NCBI RefSeq assembly: GCF_006345805.1
Contig: NC_043002.1
Location: 38,812,001-38,876,000, forward strand
Direction: 5' to 3'
From: Octopus sinensis
Lineage: Eukaryota
Length of the DNA stretch: 64,000 bases
The position numbers and the translations under genes were made by a program. The notes beneath the pieces are model-generated. The model was not told the origin of the DNA. It made no database searches and saw nothing but the letters and a program-made list of their open reading frames with translations. This document shows positions 1-13,648 of this stretch, piece after piece. The stretch's first letter is position 1, and each line of letters opens with the position of its first letter.

Positions 1-602
1 ACCCAACAAAATACACACCTGCACCATATCTTTTTAAGTCAATTTCCAAACACCTGCTCCTAACATAATCTTGTCTCTCAACATAGAGTGTAAATCCTTC
101 AGGTTTTCAACTCTTCACGTTCTCCTCCCCACCCACGCGTCCCTACCCTTAAGTTATAATTTTACATTACTTCTTACATTTTTCTGCAATTTTAATTCTG
201 CTTTTATTTTCATTACACTCTCCGCTTCTCTTTATCTTTCTGAAAGCCAATCCCTATTTCAAATTCCCAAGCGTTAACATACTACCATATTTGTTATACT
301 TTATTATTGTGTTGTGCTTTGTCTTATGATGGTACATTTTGCATTATGCCTCTGTGTATGTACGTGTATGTACTGAAGCAGTACACCCAGCACTGTCATC
401 CTAGTACTGCAGAAACAGTCGAAATATAGTGGCTTAAAATCACCTCGTAACACATGTATCTGTTAGCTTATGTTTGACCGTATTTTGTGTATATATGTGT
501 GCTTTTTTCCGTGTTCGTATACGCATATGTCTAAATATATCTGTATACTTCAAGGACACTTTTCCCATTATTTTAATATGGAAAGCTTACTAAACAATTC
601 TT

Positions 603-606
<4 letters not shown>

Positions 607-660
<54 letters not shown>
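607..660. repeat. (CT)n microsatellite
   Basis: Direct sequence. Confidence 0.95.
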
Positions 661-675
<15 letters not shown>

Positions 676-951
676 CTCTATTCCTTCTTTTTTTTATTTC
701 TCGCTCTTTCATTCATTCTATATTGGATGAAACTGCTATTGGGAAATCTGTTTTAGTAATCCATGTGTGAAATGTACAACCCTAATTTTTAATCAAATAC
801 GTAGGTGTTTCCCAATCTTTCATTATTTTTCTATTTTAATAAGTGTATGTGATTCTACTTCATAAACCAAACAGAAAATCACATGCTCTTCGTTATTTAT
901 ATATGCGTGTGTATGTCTGTCTGTGCATGCATGTGTGCATCATACATATAT

Positions 952-1172
<221 letters not shown>

Positions 1173-1274
1173 CATTACATTTGTCTAGTAGAATTTGGAA
1201 AATTAAGTTCTCTATGCCCATTACTGTTGCAAAGAAATCTAGATAGTAGGTTGGAATCATTATGTATATGTGTA

Positions 1275-1310
<36 letters not shown>

Positions 1311-1369
1311 GTGTGCATAAATATGGCTATGTACGTGTGTGCGTAGATATCTATGTATCTATATATATA

Positions 1370-1415
<46 letters not shown>

Positions 1416-1665
1416 GTGGAAAGTGTGTGTGTGATGGAAAGGGAGCGAGAGAGATAACTAAATGGAGAGTTGGACTGTCAGATGAAGTGATAAATGAATG
1501 TTTTGATGGATCGCCGGATGAATGCGGTTAATTCTGTTTGAAGCTTTGTAATTAAAATTTTCGTAAGATGACTTTCCAATGCACTTCAACCTCAGACCCA
1601 CGGACGTTCCGTGTCCTTATACTACATTCTCTATAATTACTACAGTATACTCTGCTACTCAGAGC

Positions 1666-1830
1666 CAGCAGCATAGCCAGTGGATTCGAGGGATGCAGTC
1701 CGCCTCGGGCGAAGCTTTTATGTGAGTGATTCCCTTGGGTCTACTATATAATCTGCATAGGCTTTAGAATCCGGGTGAAGTAAAAACTCAAAGACTGCCC
1801 CGGACGGTACATACTACCTCGTTCTATACC
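1666..1830. mobile_element. possible decayed hAT-like MITE
   Basis: GC-rich island starting cagcagcatagccag with subterminal gcc(t/c)cgg motifs at both ends; termini degraded. Confidence 0.25.
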
Positions 1831-2911
1831 ACCTTTTCCCAAATCCTCTGGACTCTCTCCTTCTCCCTACCCACATAGTAATGTCACTCGGTACCAAGCC
1901 ACATCAGCATTTATTTCCACTCCTACTTTCCTTGAAACCCTTCTGAGGAATATCCTCGTTATCCATGTATTTCATGCTGTCCTTAGGTTGCAGTTGTTTA
2001 AAAAAGAAGCACTAATACTATCAATCACATCAGTCTAAGAAGAACTGTGAAGTCCAGATGCGCAGCTGCTTCCTCGAAACCAAAACATTAAACAAAGCAA
2101 ATATAACAATGATACAATAAAATAACTATTGCACCGTCTGAACAAACTAACACACGATGCAGTAATCAGTAACACACCCGTTTCCTAAAGACCTTGATTT
2201 AACATCTGATATATTATCAAAGTGCGAGCATTTAGATAAGTTAACACAACACAGTCTTTCAATATCCAGCTCCATCATAAACTAAATGTAAGTGTTAAAT
2301 ACTTAACAACTCTTAATCTCATTTTTTTTTTTGTAAGTAATATGACCGTTGAATATGCGCTAATAATCATACCAATAAATTACATTCCAATTAGCAATCT
2401 GAAACGTTTTATCAAAATGTCAAAACAATATATTTTATTTCTCTTGAACGTAGTTGAGCATCAGAGAATACGGGTGAGTTCTTAATGCTTCATGTCCGAT
2501 AAGGAGGAGAATAATAAATATTGCATTAGAGTTATGGAAAGAATAGTTTTCGTGAACCTGTAGTCATGGTATATTTCATATCAGCATGATAGTGATATTA
2601 GATTATTGAGATCATGTTAGCGAACGCCGAATAGCAAAACGTCTTTATGGGCTGAACTGTTAGCGTGTATTTAAATTCCCTACTGAAATTTCTTCCTTTT
2701 CACGGCTAAGGCCAATGAAATAACGCCAAACACATCACAAAGCCTTTCTCCCAAGTGAAAAAGAATGTAAACAAGAAAATTATTTGCTTTTCAGACCTTT
2801 ATGCATTGTGTCCTTTTCCTTCTGAAAACAGTATGGTAAAATAACATGGAAAGTTAGCACTTATTCTTCTGGGTCGAGCGAGTACATAGAGGCACTTCAA
2901 TGAAGGATTAT

Positions 2912-2922
2912 GCTGCTGCTGC

Positions 2923-2953
<31 letters not shown>

Positions 2954-3019
2954 CTTCTTCTCTTCTTCTTCTTCTTCTTCTTCTTCTTCTTCTTCTTCTT
3001 CTTCTTCTTCTTCTTCTTG
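2912..3019. repeat. compound (GCT)n(GTT)n(CTT)n trinucleotide repeat
   Basis: Direct sequence. Confidence 0.95.
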
Positions 3020-3544
3020 CTGATAATGATGATGGTTTTTAACTGCAAGTAAGTACTTATCCACGTGACATATAACCAAACCATTACAGCCATAAGAAAC
3101 CTGTCGTCATTTTAGAGTTTTTTCGAATTACAATATCTCATGATTCCTTCCTTTTCATAAGATGTTAGGATATGATTTAGAGGATGTATATCTGCTATCT
3201 TTAGCACGTCGATCCTAAATGACCTTGTCAAGTGTAATGGGAAAGTTATGTTAATTTTAAGGTTCAAAAAGGAAAGTATATTAGCTCTTACTATGCTTAG
3301 GGCAAACCTATTTTCAACCAAACCTATTTCTTACCACAACGCTCCCTGTCTTGCTCTAATGTACCTAAAATTACATACGTCAACGTATCCTTACTTTCTT
3401 TCCTCTGGCTGCAGGTTGGGATTCAGAGAGATTTTATTTATATATCTTAATTCTATCATATGTTGTCAACAATTGTTTCATCGGTTGTAGGTTCCCAATC
3501 AATCAGTTGTTAACTTCATTTCTGAGAATTGTTTTTCTTTTATC

Positions 3545-3801
3545 ATCTGCTTGTTTCAGTCATTAGACTTCGGCCATGCTAGGATATCGCCTTGAAGGAT
3601 TTGTAGTCAAATGTATCTACTCCAGTACTTGTTGTTTTTTTTTTATTAGCCTGGTACTTATTCTATCAATTTATTTTGCCGAACCGGCTGTCATGCGGTG
3701 GTGGGGGAAAATCACTGACACACACACACACAGACACACACACGCACGCACACACACACACACACCACCACCGCCACACACACACACCTACCTATATATA
3801 T

Positions 3802-3869
<68 letters not shown>

Positions 3870-4039
3870 CATACATACGACAGGCTTCTTTGAGTTTCTG
3901 TCCACCAAATCCGCTTAAGGCTTTGGTCGGCTCAAGGCTAGAGTGGAAAACAAGTGCCCAAGGTACTACGCCGTGGGACTGAACCCGGAACCATGTGGTT
4001 GGGAAGCAAGCTTCTTACCACACAGCCACGACTACGCCT
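3545..4039 (-). mobile_element. tRNA-derived SINE, family A (internal microsatellite)
   Basis: Minus strand: A-box-like tggctgtgtggtaag, B-box-like ggttcagtccc; body and tail match the copies at 8992-9395 and 19880-20343. Confidence 0.85.
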
Positions 4040-4103
4040 TTGCACGCATGTATGCATATCAATGCTCACCTTATGCTAGTTATATACATATATATATATA
4101 ATA

Positions 4104-4134
<31 letters not shown>

Positions 4135-4378
4135 ATATAAATGAGGGTGAAAAATCGATATTAATTTAATAATACCGTCAATTTAACACCAAGTGGCTTA
4201 GCACAAAAAACTACGGAGGAAATACAGATTTATACATAAATTATTAGAGAGTCATCCACTATGTGGATAACTCTAGTGCTAAAAATAGCTCCGAAGCAAC
4301 CACAGAAGATCCGTTTCCAACTAGAATCAACACACATTTAACTGAAGGAAAGTGAAATACAACGAATAAAATAGATTG

Positions 4379-4454
4379 ACTCTATACAATTGTTTCATTA
4401 CTAATGCAATATGTAGTTTTACTTACACTTGCATCTATAAATCTTCGGTAGAGT
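4379..4454 (-). ncRNA. minimal type-I hammerhead ribozyme (copy 1, CCGAAGA core)
   Basis: actcta|ccgaaga|stem II (atgcaa..ttgcat)|gaaac-aatt-gta|tagagt. Confidence 0.7.
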
Positions 4455-4870
4455 TTGTCAGAAATGCAATTAATTAGATCGATTCGGGCGTCAAAAACAC
4501 GAGCGGTCCAACCAATTACATTTTTAGTATGTCTCAAATTCCGCGCCAAAAGCATGCCTAGACTCCATTGGAAACGTATGCCGCATCAAATAAAATATTG
4601 ACTGCCGCGTAGTTAAATTTATAAAATTATAAATGAGGGTGAAAAATCGATATTAATTTAATAATACCGTCAATTTAACACCAAGTGGCTTAGCACTAAA
4701 AACTACGGAGGAAATACAAATTTATACATAAATTATTAGAGAGTCATCCACTATGTGGATAACTCTAGTGCTAAAAATAGCTCCGAAGCAACCACAGAAG
4801 ATCCGTTTCCAACTAGAATCAACACACATTTAACTGAAGGAAAGTGAAATACAACGAATAAAATAGATTG

Positions 4871-4946
4871 ACTCTATACAATTGTTTCATTACTAATGCA
4901 ATATGTAGTTTTACTTACACTTGCATCTATAAATCTTCGGTAGAGT
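4871..4946 (-). ncRNA. minimal type-I hammerhead ribozyme (copy 2)
   Basis: Identical to copy 1, 492 bp away. Confidence 0.7.
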
Positions 4947-5576
4947 TTGTCAGAAATGCAATTAATTAGATCGATTCGGGCGTCAAAAACACGAGCGGTC
5001 CAACCAATTACATTTTTAGTTATGTCTCAAATTCCGCGCAAAAGCATGCCTAGACTCCATTGGAAACGTATGCCGCATCAAATAAAATATTGACTGCCGC
5101 GTAGTTAAATTTATAAAATTATAAATGAGGGTGAAAAATCGATATTAATTAATAATACCGTCAATTTAACACCAAGTGGCTAGCACAAAAAAACTACGGA
5201 GGAAATACAAATTTATACATAAATTATTAGAGAGTCATCCACTATGTGGATAACTCTAGTGCTAAAAATAGCTCCGAAGCAACCACAGAAGATCCGTTTC
5301 CAACTAGAATCAACACACATTTAACTGAAGGAAAGTGAAATACAACGAATAAAATAGTGACGGTATTATTAAATTAATATCGATTTTTCACCCTCATTTA
5401 TAATTTTATAAATTTAACTACGCGGCAGTCAATATTTTATTTGATGCGGCATACGTTTCCAATGGAGTCTAGGCATGCTTTTGGCGCGGAATTTGAGACA
5501 TAACTAAAAATGTAATTGGTTGGACCGCTCGTGTTTTTGACGCCCGAATCGATCTAATTAATTGCATTTCTGACAA

Positions 5577-5652
5577 ACTCTACCGAAGATTTATAGATGC
5601 AAGTGTAAGTAAAACTACATATTGCATTAGTAATGAAACAATTGTATAGAGT
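5577..5652 (+). ncRNA. minimal type-I hammerhead ribozyme (copy 3)
   Basis: actcta ccgaaga ... gaaac aatt gta tagagt on + strand. Confidence 0.7.
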
Positions 5653-6070
5653 CAATCTATTTTATTCGTTGTATTTCACTTTCCTTCAGTTAAATGTGTG
5701 TTGATTCTAGTTGGAAACGGATCTTCTGTGGTTGCTTCGGAGCTATTTTTAGCACTAGAGTTATCCACATAGTGGATGACTCTCTAATAATTTATGTATA
5801 AATTTGTATTTCCTCCGTAGTTTTTTGTGCTAAGCCACTTGGTGTTAAATTGACGGTATTATTAAATTAATATCGATTTTTCACCCTCATTTATTATAAT
5901 TATAAATTTAACTACGCGGCAGTCAATATTTTATTTGATGCGGCATACGTTTCCAATGGAGTCTAGGCATGCTTTTGGCGCGGAATTTGAGACATAACTA
6001 AAAATGTAATTGGTTGGACCGCTCGTGTTTTTGACGCCCGAATCGATCTAATTAATTGCATTTCTGACAA

Positions 6071-6146
6071 ACTCTACCGAAGATTTATAGATGCAAGTGT
6101 AAGTAAAACTACATATTGCATTAGTAATGAAACAATTGTATAGAGT
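6071..6146 (+). ncRNA. minimal type-I hammerhead ribozyme (copy 4)
   Basis: Identical to copy 3, 494 bp away. Confidence 0.7.
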
Positions 6147-6286
6147 CAATCTATTTTATTCGTTGTATTTCACTTTCCTTCAGTTAAATGTGTGTTGATT
6201 CTAGTTGGAAACGGATCTTCTGTGGTTGCTTCGGAGCTATTTTTAGCACTAGAGTTATCCACATAGTGGATGACTCTCTAATAACT

Positions 6287-6324
<38 letters not shown>

Positions 6325-7027
6325 GAAGAGTTAAATTGAAGAGATAAACAATACCTCTTAATAGAGTATGTTTACTTCATTTTTTACAAAGGAAATGTTG
6401 AAAGTTAATTCGAAGTTTCTGGTTAGTAGCCTTCATTTGATAGTTTTATATATGTTTCTGAATGTCCGAAGAGCTGGTTTTGTGTTTTATCACGTCTACG
6501 AAACTTTAGCTTACATGAGGAGCTAGGTCAGCCTGTTACTCAATAAATACAACCCCAGCTATATGTTTTGTGCGCTACTTCCACTCGTTTCTTCACTCAC
6601 AAACACAACTCAAATACAAATATATGTTAGTTGGTGGTGCCTTAGTATGGCCACAGTTTTTAGGTTGAAACACATGAAAATAAAATATACGCATTTACTA
6701 CATGTATCTTATTAAGCACTTACATGCATTATACATTTTAATGGTTCAAAGGACGGTGTAATACGCTGCACAATCTCAGTTCTGAGTACAGTGCTTCTTA
6801 CATCAGAAACAGCTGTAAGATAGTGAAGGTGACTACGTAACTCTTGCCCTTTTGTCATTCATAAATTGATATTGTGCTTTGTATTTCCATCACGCTTTGC
6901 TCAACACATAATGGATTGTAACAATTAGGTATTAGTATCGCTATGACTAAGCGAAACCATTACACACACGTATGTTTGTACGTTTTTATGTACGTCTCCT
7001 CTGTATTTAATCATTTAAATTCTTCCC

Positions 7028-7490
7028 CTAAAGAATGAGCTGATTTATAACAAAGATATGGAGAGTACGAAAATAATGACACATTTTAAACCTGATAAAA
7101 GTCTTGCATAGTTTTACTGTTCCGCTTACAAGTTGTATTTGTAATGTGCGAATCAGGTGGTTGATTTCTTTTTCTGAAAATCCAAGCTTATCCTGACTGA
7201 CAATTAGGCATTTACTTATTAAACCAAGTGCTCCAATTGTTATTGGTATAAATGTAAATGTGTAATCCGGATATAGAAGCTGGAGGTTTCGAAGAAGTTG
7301 TCCAGAGTTAACTTCAGTAGGACAGCTGAATGACAGCGGAATGACGGTACATACTGTTTCCTGTCTATCCCAAACAAAAATATCCGGTCTGTTATGTTTA
7401 CACATGACAGATGTTTCGATGGGAATGTTCCACTAGTATTCCTTGAGCTGGTATTTGTGTATGTATTCAATAACAGGGGGGATTCTCGAT
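7028..7490 (-). pseudogene. non-LTR retrotransposon C-terminal restriction-like endonuclease fragment (R4/Dong-like)
   Basis: CKHNRPDIFVWD...FIPITIGALG motif typical of RLE domains. Confidence 0.75.
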
Positions 7491-8991
7491 ATTTATTCCA
7501 GCATGTATGTATGTATTATGAGGGACTTCGTGGAGTTTATACTTACACTTCACGCACAAGTCATTGATCACCTTTGCTGAAGATACCGAACCCGGGGCCA
7601 TGTAGCTGTGAACTGAATTTCTTAGCCACACAATCACAAAGCCCTCGTTCTAGAATTATATTTCTCATAGCTTCAGCAAAGATTTCCTAATATTCAAGAA
7701 TAGCAATGAAGGTTTTTATAGTAAAGTGCCTTTGTAGTGAAGATTGATTCACTAAACACTCAGTCCCTTCCTTTAAAAAGGCCTAGAAAAAATAATTGAA
7801 CTTGCTATTGTAGAGCCGAAATAATTCAAAACATGCCAAGCAGATTCGAAATTGAAGACTATCACGCGAGAAGCGGGTAGGAAAGAATAAAATATTGGTT
7901 TGTAAGTAAGAGAAGTTATTTTCACTTAGAGGGTAATCAAATGTAAAACAATGTTGACATATTTTCTTTATATCTATAATGTATTATATTAATAATTTCA
8001 TATCTTGTTGTATTTTGTTCACTGCGTGTGACTGCGTTATGATTATACATATATGTAAACATTAAACATACTTCTGTACATGTATCTGCATATGTATAAA
8101 AGCTTGGCAAGGCTGGTATAGTGAACGATAAGAGCCTGAAAAATCGATTCCTCGACGCATTTTAGATTTCCTGTTCGAGTCACTTCAGTTTTACTGATTG
8201 TACATTTAGGAAAACCATCACCATAACATATTTCCGTTCTGTTTTTACCTAAATTACAAAGCCTGTATGTCTAGTAAAGAAAAGAAAAACAGCATCACTA
8301 TCTCATCAACACACATACACATGTGGGAGTGTGTGTGTGTGTGAAAGAGTAAGTGAAAGTTCGTGTTTGCATGCGTGTGTGTGTGTTTGTGTGTTTGTGT
8401 GTGTGCGTTGTATTGCAAACACGATTTGGCTAATGTTTTATCCTTATCAAAGATTTTTTTTTTATTTTCATATTATCATGAGATTTCCTTGAAGTTTGTA
8501 TGGAACAGTGAAGCTTCCAAATGTTTTATCAACGTTTCTAGCCCTTCATAGTCTTATCTTCAGGACAAAAACCATGTTTATTGTTGCCTTTCTATTGTAA
8601 GCAAGACCGATGGGATTAGTGTAGATTTTCCTACAAGAATTTTTATCGTTGGCCTTTGGATTTACACGTCATCAGCTGAGTGTTTATTTTCGCTTGGATC
8701 TAATGCAACTTATATCTATGTATATTTTAGCATTGCACAATCCTACGAGTGTTACTTCCACCCCCCATTAATAGTATTTTTGTATGGAATTACGTGGTGT
8801 TGTTTGCTATTTTCCTATCTGGTTTCGTTTTGCATGATGTGGTGAAATGCTTAGCAATTGTTACATCTTGTAAATGTATGATAAGCTGAGAGTAGAGCGT
8901 AGTGCTTGTACAACTAATATAACATTTGGAGTTATATTTAAGACTTACATGCTTACCATCGGATTTATAAATCCTATTAGTTACCAATAGA

Positions 8992-9395
8992 GGCGCAGGA
9001 GTGGATGTGTGGTAAGTAGCTTGCTTACCAACCACATGGTTCTGGGTTCATTCCCACTGCGTGGCACATTGGGCAAGTGTCTTCTACTATAACCTCAGGC
9101 CGACCAAAGCCATGTGAGTGGATCTGATAGACAGACAGTGAAAGAAGCCTGTCATATATATGTATATATGTGTATGTATGCGTGTATATGTTTGTGTGTC
9201 TGTGTTTGTACCCCCCATCATCGCTTGACAATTGATGGTAGTGTGTTTACGTCCCCGTCACTTAGCGGTTCGGAAAAAAGAGACCGATAGAATAAGTACT
9301 AGGCTTACAAAGAATAAGTCCTGGGGTCGATTTGCTCGACTAAAAGCGGTGCTCCAGCATGGCCGCAGTCAAATGACCGAAACAAGTAAAAGAGA
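8992..9395 (+). mobile_element. tRNA-derived SINE, family A, near full length
   Basis: Pol III box-like head, conserved body, tail gctccagcatggccgcagtcaaatgaccgaaacaagtaaaa. Confidence 0.9.
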
Positions 9396-10296
9396 GTAAT
9401 AGCTTATTCATATGCTTATAGACCTGACAGCATTATTCATGAAAAGGGTCTTAATTTTACGGTTTTTGAAATATATTATTAGTGTTAATTTATTGTGTGG
9501 TGCAATGCAAATTGTGTTCGGGCCACAAAACAGACCTACTTCACGTTGCAGGGAAGTTGTCGACACTATTAAAATATTAAGTTCTAATCTACATACATCG
9601 GATTTTGTTCATGCGTAGATGAGCACCATTGTGTGTAAGGAATTTAAATGCTCATGTGCACGAATCATGCAAAAGAAATTGTTACTCAGCCTTGAGATTC
9701 CACATTCGACCCTATTGCACAGTTTCTTCGGTAAATGCACTTCATTCTAGCTTCGGGGCACAAATGTTTTGAAAGCAAACCTGGTTGAAGGGAAATTTGG
9801 TCGAAGTCAATCAGATGGATCATGTCAATACTTCAAATGGCTTGTTTTGTAGAGGGCAAGATGTTATGCAAAATCTGCCTTAGTTAAGGAAACAAATATA
9901 TAGTTGTGTGTGTGTATGTGTGTGCGTGTGTCTGTGTCTGAGATAGAGTAAGATAGATAGACAGATAGAGAGAGAGAGAAAGAGAGAGAGAGAACAAACA
10001 GGGGAAATAGAACTCAGTACGTTATTATATATACTTTTGGATTATATTTAATTGACAGAAAGTTGCAAAAGTAACTCAAGAGTCGAGGGTTTCGTGCATA
10101 AGTATCGACGTTTTACAGGTGATATGCACGAAACTGCACCTTGTGTCATGATTGTGATATTCTGGTGATAAATATAATGCGAAACGTGTATATGTGTGTG
10201 TGTATACATATAAGTACATATGTGTGTGTGTATTCGTATGTATATATATTTGTTTATATATGTATATGTGTAATCATCCATATATATTATATATAC

Positions 10297-10340
<44 letters not shown>

Positions 10341-10386
10341 AATATATTTATATATTCATATGTGTGTGTGCGTGTGTTCGTGAATT

Positions 10387-10428
<42 letters not shown>

Positions 10429-10429
10429 G

Positions 10430-10498
<69 letters not shown>

Positions 10499-10654
10499 GC
10501 ACACCCTTCAGCCTTTCCTATCCAGGAGTGTGCTTCAGCCAAATATGTACACGATACTACTTATTGCTTTATGTGTCCTTTTGACGTCCATTAGTGCAAA
10601 AGAAAATCATCTCACGTTCTCTCGAAAGTTTATAAAATTCTTAAGATGCGGACA

Positions 10655-10925
<271 letters not shown>

Positions 10926-11318
10926 CTTGATTCTGTCACCATGGTGAAGTTGTGAGAAAACTAAAATAATACATACACAGTTGCTACTTCTTTTACATTA
11001 ATATTACTTCAAAAAACAATAATATGTTTTATTAGGTACCAAGTATTTTGCCATAAATTTTCGTTACCGTCACTTTGCAGTATCCTTCGTAATAAAGATT
11101 AAATGAATAACGATATACTCTAAAGCCAAATAATATATATATATATATATATATCATTGTTACAGTATATTAATGAGGTAAATGTTAAAAATAAGATTTT
11201 TTTTCGTTTATGTCTTAGCTACAACGGTATTCATTTAGTCACAATGAATATGGCCCCGGATCAAATCGCATATCAAGCTTAATCATATACATACCTATAT
11301 GAATAAATATATATGTTC

Positions 11319-11359
<41 letters not shown>

Positions 11360-12299
11360 AATATATATATATATATATTATCCTATTTTTATAGAATACA
11401 TGATCAATAAATACGAGTTCTGCAATAATAGTATAATACAGTATACATGCAAAAATTTACCGACCTGCTTAAGAATGCTTTTAAACAATTCTTTCTTTCT
11501 GCTTTTGATCGCACAAAGAATCAAATGCTGTTATAGCACGACATGTATATATAATTGTTTCTACATATAAAGCATTGTTCTGCTTTGTAGCGGGGAAAGA
11601 GTACGTTGCAAGGCTGGCAGTATTATATTTTCACTCGCGTAAATACGAGACGAAGTTTTTGTTGTTAATGAAAAGATTCTTTGGCAATGAGGTAATTTTG
11701 AATGCATACCTCAAGCCGCCTGGTAACATATGATTGCAGAAACGCATTTACACATTCACTATACAGCCACTTGTCTTCCTTTTGCTAGTGGATAAATATG
11801 AGCTGTATGAATCTTCAAAGTTTTCGATAAGAGGTTAGCTACAATCTATATTTTTTAATATAAATATATTCCAGTTTATTTTTGCATTTTTGCGCGATTA
11901 TGCTATTAGGGCCCATACAATTATTGAACAGTGAGTATTCTATATTAAAAGAAAATATATCGGGGTACGTATTAAAAGATATTTATTGGTGCAAGCATGA
12001 CTGTGTGGTTAAGATATTTGCTTCGCAACACTGTTAGTTTGGATTCAATCCCACTTCGCGGCACCTTAGGCAAGTGTCATGTGAGTGAACATGATAAACT
12101 GTGGAAGACTAGATATATCTATATATATATATGAGCATGCGTGTTTTTATGATTCTCCCACACCTTGACAACTCGTCTTGATTTGGTTCCCGTAAGCTAG
12201 AAGTGAGATAAAAGAAAACGAGAGAATAATAACCAGATTTAGAATGAATACCCGTTCCTATTTTTACAATCCAATTCCTAGTGTCGCCGTCATTGTTAT

Positions 12300-12680
12300 G
12301 TATTGTTCGCCTGCAGCGCATTGATAACACTACAACAAAAGTCTTCTCGATAAAGCGGGAGTTCTCCAGCTGCCTTTCCACTCTTGTCTATCTATTGCGT
12401 TCTTTGCCAACCTCTTAATTTACTGCTTTCTATTCTTCCTTTCATAATAATGTTTTCCAGAACTCTGCTTTTTCGAATATGGCCATAATAGATGAGCTTT
12501 TGTTTTTTCACAATGTTCAGGAGTTGTTGTCTTTCAACTACTTGTTCTATCACCCATTCCTTTGTCCGATGATCTTTGTAAGATACTCGTAGCATTCGCC
12601 CATATACCCACACTTCAATTGATTATATTCTCTTCAAAGTTTTTCAGAGTCCATGCTCCGCAACCATAAATGCGTATTGC
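12300..12680 (-). pseudogene. RTE-clade LINE 3' ORF fragment
   Basis: MWVYGRMLRVSYKDHRT...LIYYGHI...IMKGRIE..RG resembles the RTE RT C-terminus. Confidence 0.75.
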
Positions 12681-13222
12681 CTAAATGAGTGCTCGCTCTA
12701 ATCCCTAACATGAAAGCATTGTTTCATATTTAGAAACAATTATATATTCATCACCCGTCGTAAATGTGTAAGTATTATATTCTTTGATCTTACAAATATT
12801 AATTTCTTCATAAAGATTTTGTGGTTGCATGATAAAATTGAGGTCAAACCCGGGCTGTTGATAATATAGGAACGCGTGAATGTATATAGTGATTACAAAC
12901 GGATATGTAAACCATCTCCAAATACAACCAACTGCTTTTCTATAAACATTGTCTATCGAGTTGTTCAAAACCTACAGATCTTTAGGCATGACGTAAATTA
13001 ATATCTATGTTAATTTTGATACTTTTAAATTTGATTTTACTGCGCATTGTTGCATTTGCAGTATATCTACGCACGTGTGTGTGTGTGTGGTGTGTGTGTG
13101 TGTGTATGTCTATGGTAAAGGCTTGTGTATACTTAGATAGAGATAAAGGTTGGAAGGTAAAAAGGTTTCTTTCCTATCCTCTACCTCAATCTACCCGATA
13201 GTAATACCTTCCGTTGAATACA

Positions 13223-13648
13223 GTTCTATATTTAAGAGATGAGGAATTATGTACATTATTTGCATTCGACGGACATTTCTCCTCATCTTGTTTCGGCTGA
13301 TATACCCTTCAGCTTTCTTCAGGTGTCTTGGTGGAATTTCGAACCTGGGTTCTCATTCCTAAGGTATTTTTCGATGTTATTATTATTATTGCTGTAGATG
13401 TTCAGGTCACTGCTTAGGAATCGAACTCGGAATTTTGGGGTTAGTAACCCGCGCCATATGCCCGTGGGCAATTAAGGGGTGAATTTTAGTGCTTATAAAT
13501 CTAATATTTTTCTATCCTTCCTTAATACTGGTTTTCATATGCTGCTCATATCTGCACAGTATTAAGGAAGGATAGAAAAATATTAGATTTATAAGCCCTA
13601 AAATTCACTCCATAATTGCCCACGGGCATATGGCGTAGTGGTTAAAGT
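13223..13648 (-). mobile_element. non-autonomous element with tRNA-like segment, decayed hammerhead and terminal fold-back
   Basis: B-box-like gagttcgattcc (~13417-13428, minus); ctgaaga-gctga..tcagc-gaaac at ~13290-13323; inverted arms 13453-13530 / 13557-13635. Confidence 0.6.

Larger units (their letters stand above)
4135..6292. mobile_element. ~492-bp tandem + inverted repeat array carrying hammerhead ribozymes (retrozyme / Penelope pLTR-like)
   Basis: ~2.5 near-identical units at 4135-5357 followed directly by ~1.9 reverse-complement units at 5358-6292; both outer ends in (TA)n; no ORF. Confidence 0.85.

Noticed and set aside
368-425. Hammerhead-like ctgaa-gcagtac..gtactgc-agaaacagtc
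   Set aside because: Core incomplete and no stem I; at best a decayed relic
4135-6292. CRISPR array or ordinary satellite
   Set aside because: No short repeats with unique spacers; eukaryotic context; head-to-head inversion and ribozyme motif fit a retroelement better
6773-6821. Half hammerhead gaaac-agct-gta-agat
   Set aside because: CUGANGA box missing; cannot be called a ribozyme
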